This document shows, in pieces, positions 1 to 11,710 of a stretch of 64,000 nucleotides of DNA; the stretch's first letter is position 1; every line of letters begins with the position of its first letter. A program made the translations under genes and the position numbers. Under the pieces are notes generated by a model. That model saw nothing but the letters and a program-made list of their open reading frames with translations. It made no database searches and was not told the DNA's origin. Source of the stretch: Nemertoderma westbladi (taxonomy: Eukaryota > Animalia > Xenacoelomorpha); contig JAUCBJ010006410.1 of NCBI GenBank assembly GCA_032718475.1, positions 1 through 64,000 of the forward strand, in the 5' to 3' direction.

Positions 1-1436
1 AGTCCCACAAGAAATGAAAACAAATAAGTTGGTGCCAGTTCCCAATAAGGGCAACCTAACACTCTATGGTTCTTTTCGGGGAATCTCATTTATCTCGATT
101 GCTGCAAAGCTATACAATAGAATTCTATTAAATCGCATCAGGGATCCCATTGAGAGACTGCTCCGTGGAAAACAGAATGCGTTCCGTAAAGGTCGTGGGA
201 CCATGGAGCCCATTATGGCACTTAGAAGGATAATTGAAGAGTTATCAAAAAAGAAAGACAGGCATCTGGCTGTTATCTTTGTTGACTTCTTCAAGGCCTT
301 TGATTCAGTCTCGCGCTCACGTATGTTCAGCATACTTTCATTATATGGGATTCCTGATGAAATTATTGCAGCAATCAGATCAGTATACGATGGTTCGACA
401 ACATTTGTGTCTACTGTTGACGGTGACACAGAACCATTTGAAGTGTTATGGGGCGTCCTCCAGGGAGACACACTTGCACCATTCTTGTTCATAATTGTTG
501 TTGACTATATTCTACGCATGTCCTTAGATCATCATAATGATGATGGGGTGATGATAACTCTACCTACTGGCTCCAGAAGTCGAGGAAATTCTGCCAAGTA
601 CCTAACTGATCTAGACTTTGCTGATGACTTAGGAGTACTCTCAGAATCACTAGAGCGAGCCCAACGGCTCCTCAGCTCATTAGAACATGCTGCTTCTAGT
701 GTTGGTCTTTTTATTAACTCCAGAAAGACCAAAATTTTGACAGTTAACTTTGAAAGTCCTCAGCAAGTATCTGATCGGATGAGCATAAGCTCAAAAGATG
801 GTATGCTTGAGCATGTGGATGACTTCTGTTACCTGGGATCATGGATCCGGAAGTCAGGTGAGGACCTTCGAATACGTAAGGGAAAGGTATGGGCAGCCTT
901 GAATAGGCTTTCCAGGATTTGGAAGTCACCGAGAATTAATCGGAAACTTAAGGTCCGATTATTTAGAGCAGCAGTAGTTCCAGTACTCCTCTACGGGAGT
1001 CCATGCTGGGCTCTAACTGCTGAGGACACCAAATCTCTGGACGGCACATTCACAAGAATGCTACGCCGGGTTCATTGTGTTAAGTTCAATGCACACATCT
1101 CCAACCAGACACTATATAACATTGGAGGTGTCTCATTGGTTCCCCAAGCTTGACACTAGAACAAAATCGCCTCCGCTTTGCAGGACATTGCTTTCGCTGT
1201 GAGGACCAGCCAGTGCATAATCTTGTACTTTGGCAGCCTCATGGAGTGAATAAGCATGGTGGACAGCCCATGACTTTCTTGAGACGCATTTTAAAGGACA
1301 CTGGCCTTGAAGATGCTGATGATCTAGCAAATGTCATGGGTGATAGGGAGTTGTGGCGGTGCAATTTTGTCGATAAGCCGGCACAGCATTCTTAAAAATG
1401 CAGCTGCAATGCAGCATGCCGATCCTAGTAGTAGTA
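1..1436 (+). mobile_element. RTE-clade non-LTR retrotransposon, RT and 3' end (copy 1; 5' end not defined, possibly beyond the window)
   Basis: RT motifs FVDFFKAFDSV, GVLQGDTLAP, DLDFADD, FCYLGS; C-terminal RLRFAGHCFR; (TAG)n tail at ~1426-1436. A 1-bp deletion at ~1142 relative to copy 3 splits ORFs 14..1153 and 1150..1395. Confidence 0.92.
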
Positions 1437-1618
1437 TGCCGCCGATGATAGTAGGAAATCTGCTACGGAATGGCAAGCAATTAATTTAATTTAATTTAAT
1501 TGCGCCTCGGGAATGGCATGAAACCGGTAAAAACATACGTGGTAAATAATAAAAATATAATTAATTGATAAAATAAAAAAGAACATTTTATTGACATACT
1601 ATTCAGTTCTTATATAAA

Positions 1619-2056
1619 TATGCTCAGCCAGCTGTTGCGACCAACACTAATCACCGTAATTCGAGTGCAATCCACCGCTGTTCTACAGCTATCATTGGCA
1701 GTAGACAGGGCGGTAACCTACGTGTAGCCGAAGGCCCTCAACGGCAAAACGATGCGGAACGACAAGCCCATATACATATTGGACGACTACACCCTACTGT
1801 TACCAAGGAGGATATAGCTGCCCACCTGGCCGCGGAGAACGCACCTTTTGATGATATTATTCCGATCACACCACGACCTGAATCGCCGTTTGTTAGTTTC
1901 CATCTCGTATGTAAACAGAACGAACGGGACACCCTGATGGATCCTTCCCTATGGAACGAGGGAATTACAATTCGTAACTACAAACTATCGGATGGCAAGC
2001 AATTAAAGAAAGAAAGAGCCAACCAACAGCCAAGGTTCTGGGGAATTTCCAGCTGA
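1619..2056 (+). pseudogene. Fragment resembling the C-terminal RRM-like part of a CR1/L2/Jockey-type LINE ORF1 (no start codon, absent from the ORF track)
   Basis: Manual translation: ...AHIHIGRLHPTVTKEDIAAHL...SPFVSFHLVCKQNERDTLMDPSLWNEGITIRNY..., matching the 'hxRL.P.TT..DI...SF.h...L.DP..WP.GI.IR.Y' pattern of LINE ORF1s. Confidence 0.55.
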
Positions 2057-3297
2057 TCGGGTGGCTGGTTGGAAGTCTCACTTTCAGATAATGAATCAAT
2101 AATGATGGAGTACTCTGCTCTTCAATTCCTGATGACTTTGCTATACATCGTGTTTTTCCCACATTACTCAAAGTCACCCCCAAGGTGATACTACGTTTTC
2201 GAAAGTAGCGCGCAGTAACCGCGCGCGACCACAAGAAATGGGGACTAACAACCTAGTTACTGTCCCTCCAAGGAAATCCTTCATTCATTGCAATGGTGAT
2301 CCTTTCAAAACTTGAAAGGATGTATCGATAAAGCATGGCCAATTATCGCAACACCAAGGTCGGAATATTCAATTGTAAACCCTTTGACGTGGTTTGTGGT
2401 CACTTTGAAACAGTTGAGAACCCTTTGACATAGTAAAACGATAAAGAAAGTCTGTTCTTGAAAAAATACGATGGTCGCTTTGGGGCACCGTAGATGTGAT
2501 ACCATCTGTAGAAAAACTGAACGTTCCAGAATTTATGTACAATACTTAAGATACAAAAAGTCTGTAATTACAATGATCAACATATTATTATCAAGAACCT
2601 AACTAGCAATTTTAAGTTCGCCTTGTCTATCTATTTTATTTATTTATTTAAACCAGACAATTATATCATAGGGATATTACGTCCATAACTACAGAACCAT
2701 TAATATTGTACAGAAGCAGAGCACGACCCATTAAAAAGCGCAAAACAAAACACAGCACGTAATAGATTGTGTATTGTAATATATATTAGTAAAAGATAAA
2801 ATATTTAAAAAAAAAAACAAGAAATTGAAGGATAAAAGAAAATGTGCACAGCCTGTAATAATGTAGGCAGATTATATTATAAAAAATCAATTGTTTTACG
2901 AATCCGACTCGACCGAGAAGTTGCCACCACTACAGCCTGTAATAAACTATTATTTGACTCCTCCGGGCGGTTGAGTAAAGAAACTATTGATTATACCTAA
3001 TATGTATAAATTTAGGCAAACCAAGTTGCCCAAACATCAATGAGACACTATAGTCGTAACTATAACCAAAAAGACGTCAGGCTATGTTATTATAACCAAC
3101 TCGGAATTTATTGTATATGCCGAGACTAAAATTGCGTCTGGACCATAATGCGTTACAATAAAATTGAGTAAAGTATCTATAAACAGCTGGTTGCATTGGG
3201 AATATCCAAGTAAACATATCCTCGTTTAAAATGGGCGGTACTTTTTCCGCTTAATTGAATTAATATGCCGCCCAGTCAAGCCGGAAATGCCTTTATT

Positions 3298-3592
3298 AAT
3301 ATAAAGGTGTAATATTATGGGTTCGTTCAGAAGTGGAAAAAAAGAGAAAGCGCGTCACCGGGGGTTGAACCAGCGCTATACGTACGTTTCGGCCTAACAG
3401 GCCTCATCAGTAGCGCTAACCAGCTCAGCCACTAGCCCCTGACACTCACACTCCCACCTAATCCACTTCTACTAAACGGGCAGTCTTAAGTTGCATATAT
3501 ACTACTATCTCTAACAGCATTTTTTCCACTTCTGAACAAACCCATAATATTACACCTTTAATTACAGTTGCAACAGCTCATCTCCAATTTAT
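3298..3592. mobile_element. Hammerhead-bearing short element with a partial inverted duplication (Penelope pLTR- or retrozyme/SINE-like)
   Basis: 3303-3342 is the near-perfect reverse complement of 3519-3559; the sequence is homologous to 9541-9765. Confidence 0.6.
3372..3417 (-). ncRNA. Minimal type I hammerhead ribozyme (family A)
   Basis: Minus strand: AGCGCUA-CUGAUGA-GGCC(UGUUA)GGCC-GAAA-CGUACG-UA|UAGCGCU. Intact core, stem I 7 bp, stem II 4 bp, palindromic minimal stem III. Confidence 0.88.
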
Positions 3593-3774
3593 TTTATTAA
3601 TATAATCAAGCTATTCTGATAGGACTAAATATTTTCCCCTTGAAACAAATAAAACATAAATTATAAAAGCAGAAGCAATATTCCTAATTGTCTGAAACGA
3701 AAGCAGTTTTATATTCTAACATTCGTTTCTCATTCATTCGTTTAACCGTTATGCACTACGTAACCTTTATTCCT

Positions 3775-3980
3775 CAATTAGTTAACCTCAGTTTGTTTAA
3801 CCGCTAACCTAACCGTTGTTCCACGGTTAGTTTAACCGCTGTCCTAACTACTGTTTCTTAGTTAGTTTAACCGCTGTCTTAACCTTTGTTCCTCATTTAG
3901 TTTAACCGCTGTCCTAACCTTTTGTTCCTCATTTAGTTTAACCGCTGTCCTAACCTTTTGTTCCTCAGTTAGTTTAATCG
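3775..3980. repeat. ~34-bp tandem repeat (TTAGTTTAACCGCTGTCCTAACCTTTGTTCCTCA), ~6 copies
   Basis: Directly visible periodic repeat. Confidence 0.8.
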
Positions 3981-4162
3981 ATATGTCCTATCCCAACCAC
4001 ACTTTTCAGTCGTTTCACCTTTATTTCCTAACCTTTTCTCAGTAATATAACCATTATTTCCTAACCTACTTGGCATATTGAAATTATGTACCGCCCAGTG
4101 AAAAATGCTTCAAAGAGGTTGTGCAAATATACGAAATATCACCCCTGACACTTGCGAGATTA

Positions 4163-4305
4163 TCCGCATCTTCAAGGCCAGTGTCCTTTATGAGGTTATC
4201 ACGAAAGTCATGGACTGTCCACTATGCTTAATCTCTAAATGAGGCCACCAAAATCCCAGGATAGTGCAGTGGCTGGTGAAAGCAATGCCCTGCAAAGCGG
4301 AGGCG
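4163..4305 (-). mobile_element. Diverged 3' fragment of the same RTE family
   Basis: atccgcatcttcaaggccagtgtccttta...aagcaatgccctgcaaagcggaggcg matches the copy 2/3 sequence with many substitutions. Confidence 0.7.
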
Positions 4306-4585
4306 GCTCAGCTTTGCTTTGTACAGTCATGGAATGCTACTGTAGCTTTGCTTTGTACAGTCATGGAATGCTACTGTATATTGATGAATTATGTTCTAAT
4401 GATATCTGAAGATTACATTCAAAAGCCTAAAATAAAGTAGTATTGAAATTTTATAAACATTATGGAGGGTGGGTGGGGTTAGGCTCCGACTTGCTAGAAA
4501 TGGTTGTTGTATTTGTAGCGGACTACCATGAGTCACTGATAGACTTTAGTTTCAATATGTGGATTTCGAAGTCTCATTTAGGTTA

Positions 4586-4852
4586 GGTTCCACCTTGGTG
4601 TAGTGGTTGCATTGAATTCAGATCTCCTGTAGGTCGTGGGTTCGATCCTCACATGGGCCAGGGCAGTTTTCGTTTCGGTACGAATGCTTTAAAGGGACCA
4701 GCAAGGGCGCATCTCTGCCTTGCATCCTCCTTAAGTGGTAGCTAAATCTCTGGGAGTAAAGTTCTGGGGGGACCGCACTGGAAATAAGTCGTCAGACTTT
4801 GTGCGTAATCCCTGGCCTAGCGGCCGAAGAAAATTTACTTTACTTTACTTTT
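4586..4852 (+). mobile_element. tRNA-derived SINE
   Basis: A box TGGTGTAGTGGT (~4596), B box GGTTCGATCC (~4639), non-tRNA body, (TTTAC)n tail at ~4834-4852. Confidence 0.7.
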
Positions 4853-6187
4853 ATGAAATACCATATCACTGTGCTGGAGTACTGCATATTGTACGCCTGA
4901 TATAATATACTACAATATTATTATATTATATTTTATCCAGGCTGACGTATTTTACTTCTTTTGATTTATACGTGTAGGCCTACATCGCTGGAGGCGGCTC
5001 TTTGTCACCCCTACATATTAAGGGAGATGGTGTAAGCACATTATTTCCTCCTTTGCGCGTATACCTTTATAAAAAATATTCACTCTTGAACATCATGAAA
5101 TAATAATTGATGTCAAAATTATACTGTAAAACGCCCAAAGGTAAATAATTGTTTTATTTCTACTTATACTTGCTGAATCCATTTGCATAAACCATAAAAA
5201 CGTATTCAGAATTCACAAAGAAAATTTCGGCCTTAAAAGCCTCTTTCGGCCTAAAAATTATTTACATTATTTGCAAAGAAATGTGATTGTTTGGGAATAA
5301 TAGAGGCGGATTATGAAAGGCTAAGTAAAACTCGCACGGAGATAAATGTGATTACCACATATTGAATGTGCAAATTGTAAAACTCATTCGAAGTAATGAG
5401 CTTATAATATATACTGTATACCTACATATAGTTAGGCACAGCAAGCAGTGCCATTTTCCGGATTTCACCTTTCAATATTAAAAATAGGGTTTGTCGCACG
5501 CGGACGATGCAAGTCTTCCGGGTGAATTTGATTTTGGATCGGATTGATTATACCACGTTCAAATTGATAAGTTAGTTACACCAGGTTAGGTTGAAGGACG
5601 TCGCTTGTAACGTAGGGCCAGGTAGGAAGTAACCAGGGTTAAACAGTCAACATAAAACTAATTGGGATGGCATGCCTTGTACCACTGACATCCATTGCAC
5701 AACATATTGCTCCTGTGTTTACCTGGTATAATGCGCCCTGGGCAGAGAAGTGACTGAAGGAACTAATTACTTCTCGGCTTCACAAACACAAAAGATTGTC
5801 ACAGAAAGCGAAGTATTCGGTTTCAAAACCTATTTCCCGAGAAACGGATTTCCGTTGGAGGTACCGAAGGCGTTTATTACGGAAAGTGCCAACCGAGAGT
5901 GAAACCACAGCATAGCTTTAGATATTTGGTGAGGTTTTATGAGCTTCTCAATTCAGAGCACCAAAATGCTTAGTTTGGATTTCTGAGGACTAATTGGCAA
6001 GTAGGCCAAGTGTTAGTGTATCAAAAATGTTACAAAACTCGAATTTATTTCCCCATTTATTGCATTGTGAAATGTTGCTAATGCTAATGAAGAACAATAT
6101 CGACTCATACACAATAATGCAGTATAATACCGATACGTCAAATAATAATAACATCAGATACCGCAGTACCGGTACTTCAGTAGTTAA

Positions 6188-6272
6188 TGTAATATGAGTT
6201 TTATCTGACTAAAAAGAAGCTTACAAAATTGTGAACAGATACCGTAACAACAGTTTATGCCTACATATTACA
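6188..6272 (-). repeat. Probable 85-bp 3' LTR of the Gypsy element
   Basis: Bounded by the 9-bp inverted repeat TGTAATATG...CATATTACA and directly adjacent to the polypurine tract (6273-6287). The partner LTR was not found. Confidence 0.6.
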
Positions 6273-7916
6273 TTCCACCCCTCTCCACAAAAGTTCGCTT
6301 AAATCGATTCTAAAGACTCTTTAAGAATCTTTTAATTTAACTAAACCCATAATAGTTCGGAAATTTACGTTCTCTTGTGGATCGACGAAAATAATTACTT
6401 TTCAGTTTCTAACTCAGGTTGTTTCTCATAACTATCAAAAGTATCCCTTCTACTAGCCTCATCATCTCTATCAGCAACTTCATGAAGTTGGGCTGGTTGG
6501 GCCAGATCTCGCACAGATACAGTACTCTCCCTTCCGTTTGAGTACCTCACATGAGTATAAAAAGGATTAGCCACAATCAAGTCTCCTTCACCTACTTGCG
6601 GATCGTATTTGGTGTTGCGAACATGGCGTCGGATTAGAACAGGACCCGGAGATGACAACCAGGTAGGAATCGATCGACATGTGGATGACTTACTGGTGTA
6701 ATTAAAGAGAAGCTCATGGGGTGTACAGATCGTGGCAGTGCACAGAAGAGATCAGATAGAGTGAAGTGCATCAGGAAGGACAGACTCCCACTCACTTTCG
6801 TCGTGGGTTATATGGACACATACGGCTGGTAGCTATGTTATGAGAGTGTAAATAATTATTTAGCTCAGTAGAAATACCACATTGTGATATCACACGAATA
6901 TGGCAGATTTCGAACTTTCACAAAGTGGTAATAAAACCTAGCCATACAGGGGTGACAGAGGGAATGATGAAGGTTTGTTAGTGAAGTAGAATTTACTGAT
7001 GCACAATATAAACGTGAAACTCTATAAAAATTGTGAAAATCTATAGAAATTACAGATGCTCCTTCAATATCATGGTTAAGAGTACAGAAGGCAGTCTGTG
7101 CATCTGCCCAAAGTGGAAAAGATTTAGCTTGTATGAGAGGATTGATTTTATCTGAGAAATGTCAAACCCAGTTTGCATAAAAGGAGAATAAAGCAATCGA
7201 CCTCTTTAATTATTTATTGTTTGTAGGAAGGGGAATGTTTCGAAAAGGTTCCAACCTTCAGGATCAGGTTTAAGTGAACTATGAGAAACTTTGAACCCGA
7301 GCATAGATATTAAATTCTTGGAAAATATACACTTACTGAAATTGAAAGTAAGACTGTGTTTCCTGGCCGTTTCTAGAAACTTATTGAGATTGTCATCATG
7401 TTCTTGCTGTGTCATACCACAAATTGTAATATTGTCTAAGTAGACAAAGCAAGCATGGAGGTTGTTTTCTTTTATGAAGTTATCGATAATCTGTTGGAAT
7501 GCAGATACACCATTAGTTACCCATAAGGTATACATGTATACTGATACAGTGAACCATTTGCCTCGAATCTGGTGTAAAGTCTTTCTTCTTTAGGAATAGG
7601 AATTTGATGATATGTGCTTTTTAGGTTTAGGCCACCATAGAACTTGTACTTTGATACTTCATTGACTAGATTATCTATATGGGGAACCGGATAAGCATCA
7701 AGATGTGTATATTTGTTGATAGTTTGAGAGTAATCAACAATAAAGCGGACTCTATGATGATCCGTCATAGGAACAACATGAACTTGAGCTCGCCATATGA
7801 GATGGGTTCTATAACTTGATCCTTCAGAAGTTTGTCAATTTCCTTAGCAATATAATCCTTCTCTGAATGCCCAAATCGACGAGATTTGGTTGCTATGGGT
7901 ACACAGTTAGGTTGAA

Positions 7917-9012
7917 CTACTAGGATCGGCTCGGCATGCTGCATTGCAGCTGCATTTTTAAGAATGCTGTGCCGGCTTTTCGACAAATTTGCGCTGCCAC
8001 AACTCCCTATCACCCATGACATTTGCTAGATCATCCGCATCTTCATGGCCAGTGTCCTTTAAGATGCGTCTCCAGAAAGTCATGAGCTGTCCACCATTCT
8101 TATCCAATCCATGAGACTGCCAAAGCACAAGATTATGCACTGGCTGGTCCTCACGGCGAAAGCAATGTCCTGCAAAGCGGAGTCGACTTTGTTCAAATGT
8201 CAAGCTTGGGGGAACCAATGAGACACCTCTGATGTTATATAGTGTCTGGTTGGAGATACGTGCATTGTACTTGACACAATGAACCCGGCATAGGAGTACT
8301 GGAACTACTGCTGCTCTAAATAATCAGACCTTAAGTTTCCGATTAATTCTCTGTGACTTCCAAATCCTGGAAAGCCTATTCAAGGCTGCCCATGCCTTTC
8401 CATTACGTATTCGAAGGTCCTCACCTGACTTTCGGATCCATGATCCCAGGTAACAGAAGTCGTCCACATGTTCAAGCATACCATCCTTTGAGCTTATGCT
8501 CATCCAGTCAGAGACTTGCTGAGGACTTTCAAAGTTAACTGTCAAAATTTTGGTCTTTTTGGAGTAAAGACTAAGTCTAAGACCAACACTAGAAGCAGCC
8601 TGTTCTAATGAGCTGAGTCGTTGGGCTCCCTCTAGTGATTCTGAGAGTACTCCTAAGTCATCAGCAAAGTCTAGATCAGTTAGGTACTTGGCAGGATTTC
8701 CTGGACTTCTGGAGCCAGTAGGTGGTGTTACCATCACCCCATCATCACTATGATCATCTAAGGACATGCGTAGAACATAGTCAACCACAATTATGAACAA
8801 GAATGGCGCAAGTGTGTCTCCTTGGAGGACTCACCATAATACTTCAAATGGTTCTATGTCACCATCAACAGTAGACACAAATGTCGTTGAACCTGATCTG
8901 ATTGCTACAATAATTTCATCCGGAATCCCATATAATGAAAGCATGCTGAACATACGTGAGTGAGAGACTGAATCAAAGGCCTTGAAGAAGTCAACAAAGA
9001 TAACAGCCAGAT
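7917..9012 (-). mobile_element. RTE LINE copy 2 (5'-truncated, internally deleted) inserted in the Gypsy pol
   Basis: ORFs 8324..8800 and 7958..8218 are near-identical to copy 1; short (TAG)n tail at ~7917-7923. Confidence 0.9.
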
Positions 9013-9540
9013 AACGGCAGTCAGCTAATTTAACCTAGTTATAATATTGTCCATTTATCACTAACGTAGCTTCACAGAAACCATTTACTTTCTTGGTTTC
9101 AGAATGTTTCAAGTAGCCATGTTAATGTCAAAGTTTGCTTTCTTCACAGTAAGTTTACCCAAAATACTATGGTGTATAAAACTTTCAGAACTTCTGCTAT
9201 TGATCAATGCCTTGCATGGTTTCTTTTTGAGCATAACATCAACTAAACTTCCCGATAAGCAGGTTGGAGCACCGATAGTAGCTAGAGTAGCAAAAGCAGA
9301 GGCAGTAACAGCCTGATTCGTCTTACTTTGAGACTAACAAACCTTGGCGAAGTGACCATTCTTACCACAGTTAAGGCAGTCAGTATGTTTTGCTGGACAC
9401 GATTCATGTCCTCCGGGGTGCAGTTTACCACCACAGAAGTAACCTTTCTTTACTGTCACAGATGCTGATGTGTTTGGAGGATCGTTTCCTGAATCACCAC
9501 AATCTTTTCGATCCATGCTGGCCGAGCTGTAACTGCAAAA

Positions 9541-9765
9541 AAACTTAAGACTGCCGTTCAATATAAGTGGATTAGGTGGGAGTTAGAGTGTCAGGGTCTA
9601 GTGGCTGAGCTGGTTAGCGCTACTGATGAGGTCTGTTAGGCCGAAACGTACGTATAGCGCTGGCTCAACCCCCGGTGACACGCTTTCTCTTTTTTTCCAC
9701 TTATGAACAAAACCATTACCATTACATCATTAATTACAGTTGCAACAGCTCATCTCCAATTTATT
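9541..9765 (+). mobile_element. Hammerhead-bearing short element, family A
   Basis: Homologous to 3298-3592; abuts and truncates the Gypsy gag remnant. Confidence 0.6.
9616..9661 (+). ncRNA. Minimal type I hammerhead ribozyme (family A, second copy)
   Basis: AGCGCUA-CUGAUGA-GGUC(UGUUA)GGCC-GAAA-CGUACG-UA|UAGCGCU; predicted cleavage after A9654. Confidence 0.88.
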
Positions 9766-10271
9766 TAATATTATTGTAAACACCACCATGTCCGCAACCC
9801 TAACCGACATTTGTTAAGTTGATTTTAATCCTTTTCTGCAGTGACATTTCACGGCTAAAGTTTTAGCATGTAGGCCTTATAGGCCCTACTATGGTAACTT
9901 GCTTTCGTGGTGGCCGTTATGGGCTCCGTACTTCTAGGATATGTAAAAACTTGGAGCTCCCTCTGCCATTATCTGCACTCTGTTAACAATCCGATCTCCA
10001 ACGGGGCTGGAGTGATCAACAATAATATCCATAATAACAACTAATAATAACAAATAATCGACAATATCAACAATAATATGCAATAAAATAGATCATCTTC
10101 AGGCAGTCCCATGGTTCAATAAATGTGGACGCCAACCAATTACATATCATACTGTGTATATACGGTAGTTACGGAAGATGTCGCTAGGGATTCCTTTCCA
10201 ATTTTTAAATTTAAATACATTTTTTATTTAGAGAGTGAAAATTATTGGGAGTTAAAATACACAATAGTGCA

Positions 10272-11431
10272 TGTAAAAGCTTTTGCGGAATTAGCCGGTT
10301 ATTTTCCCCGTAAAGTGCTCTGTAGTTGTTTTAACAGGCATAAAAGGCCGTATCCTTACTGTACTGATGTTTTAGGGGACATAAAAAGCTATTTCTTCTG
10401 TATGTGTACTTTAGCGGACATAAATAGCAATTCTATGACGCAATGCGCTAGATCCTCTTGAAACAGTGTAGCTACCATGACGACGGCTAACAGCTGATGC
10501 TGTACACGTGGAGCTTTTCCTTTGTTCTCTGTTCCTTCTTTGTTCGGTCGACCAATCAGAGCGTTTTTTGACTCTGTGTTGGAGATTGTATACAGAAACT
10601 CGTGGAGTTGAGTCAGTATGTGTTTTATCCACTGCCTAGAACACCGGCTTTGGAACCTCCGTGTTTCAGACTTTAGCCCTACATTAGTAGGCTTAATTAT
10701 AGAACGTATATCTGTTATCATATCTCATATCAATCAAACATAACCATTCATACCTTAACCTTTGTACTGCTATTTACTTTCAGTTATTCATTATATATGT
10801 TGATGGAATATTATTATATTTGGAATACCGATAAATGATTACAAACCCTCGATCTTCTTGATATACCAAAGGTTAGAGAGACCGGTTACATATAACGATT
10901 GCGACTTACATTAAAGTGGTTTGAAGTGAATCTAATGCTATTTCATAGGCACTACATGTATTGTCTGTTGTTCTCTTTATATGTGACTAAAATTAGTGAA
11001 GGTCGGCAGATCAGTGTGCAGCATTGTGCAGTATTGTGTATGATTGTGACTGATAACAAAGCATCTCCCAAAGAATGCGCCATATACGTGAATCTATAGC
11101 CATCCCGTTGTGTCTAGTTTAAGTCATAACTCTGTTTACATATTTAGAGCGCCACGTCCTAAAGGAACTGTTAATATTTCCCGAAAGTGAATAATATTTG
11201 TCAGAGATTATATATTACGACCAGTCGAATAATACAGTAGGCCTACCCCGCAATACGGTTAGGCTTCCAAATCCAGTCTCCCGGGTATATCCAGCGGGTG
11301 AATGATCGCACATAGACTGGCTTCGGCTAATGTAGTGTATCAAATACTCGTCATAGGCTAAAGTCGATTTATTATCTAGAAGACATCCAAATTTGGCAGG
11401 TTAAACTGCTAAAGGTCTGAAAGCGCGAACA
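10272..11431 (+). repeat. 5' LTR
   Basis: TGTAAAAGC...GCGCGAACA; about 8 substitutions versus the 3' LTR by visual comparison. Confidence 0.95.
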
Positions 11432-11710
11432 ATAACAGATATTGCTTCTGTATTGCAGTAGGCAATAAAGCTGAAGTACCGGTTAACCGGTACCTAGTAG
11501 GCCTGAATACCTAACCACCCGGACCGGTACCTACAGCAGTACAGGTACAGTAGTATTATTCGATTGTGATATTATATACCGGTAGGCTGTTTAAGAGATT
11601 AGGGACTGTACACCCCTTGTTTCTTTTGGAGCTTACTTATTTCTGTCAGGTTTTATTTATTTGTAGGCCAATATTGAGCAGAAGGCGTGTAAGCCTGCTC
11701 CGATTGTACA

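Larger units (their letters stand above)
6188..9535 (-). mobile_element. Degenerate Ty3/Gypsy LTR retrotransposon (gag Zn-knuckle, protease, RT, integrase remnants, 3' LTR), interrupted by an RTE copy
   Basis: CLNCGKNGHFAKVC (9334..9561); degenerate protease ALINSRSSESFI (~9175-9212); PIATKSRR; FIVDYSQTINKYTHLDAYPVP; FVYLDNITI; integrase tail PGPVLIRRHVRNTKYDP...STVSVRDLA; PPT GGAGAGGGGTGGAA abutting the LTR. Confidence 0.85.

Noticed and set aside
4586-4665. Functional tRNA gene
   Set aside because: A and B boxes are present but there is no proper acceptor or anticodon stem; it continues into a SINE body and simple-repeat tail.
5224-5255. TTTCGGCCTTAAAAGCCTC resembling the antisense of a hammerhead
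   Set aside because: No TCATCAG core follows.
7765-8022. Single 85-aa gene
   Set aside because: Chimeric reading across the RTE 3' end and the Gypsy pol junction.
10389-11099. Small ORFs duplicated at 22652-23362
   Set aside because: Identical only because they lie in the two LTRs; no protein features.
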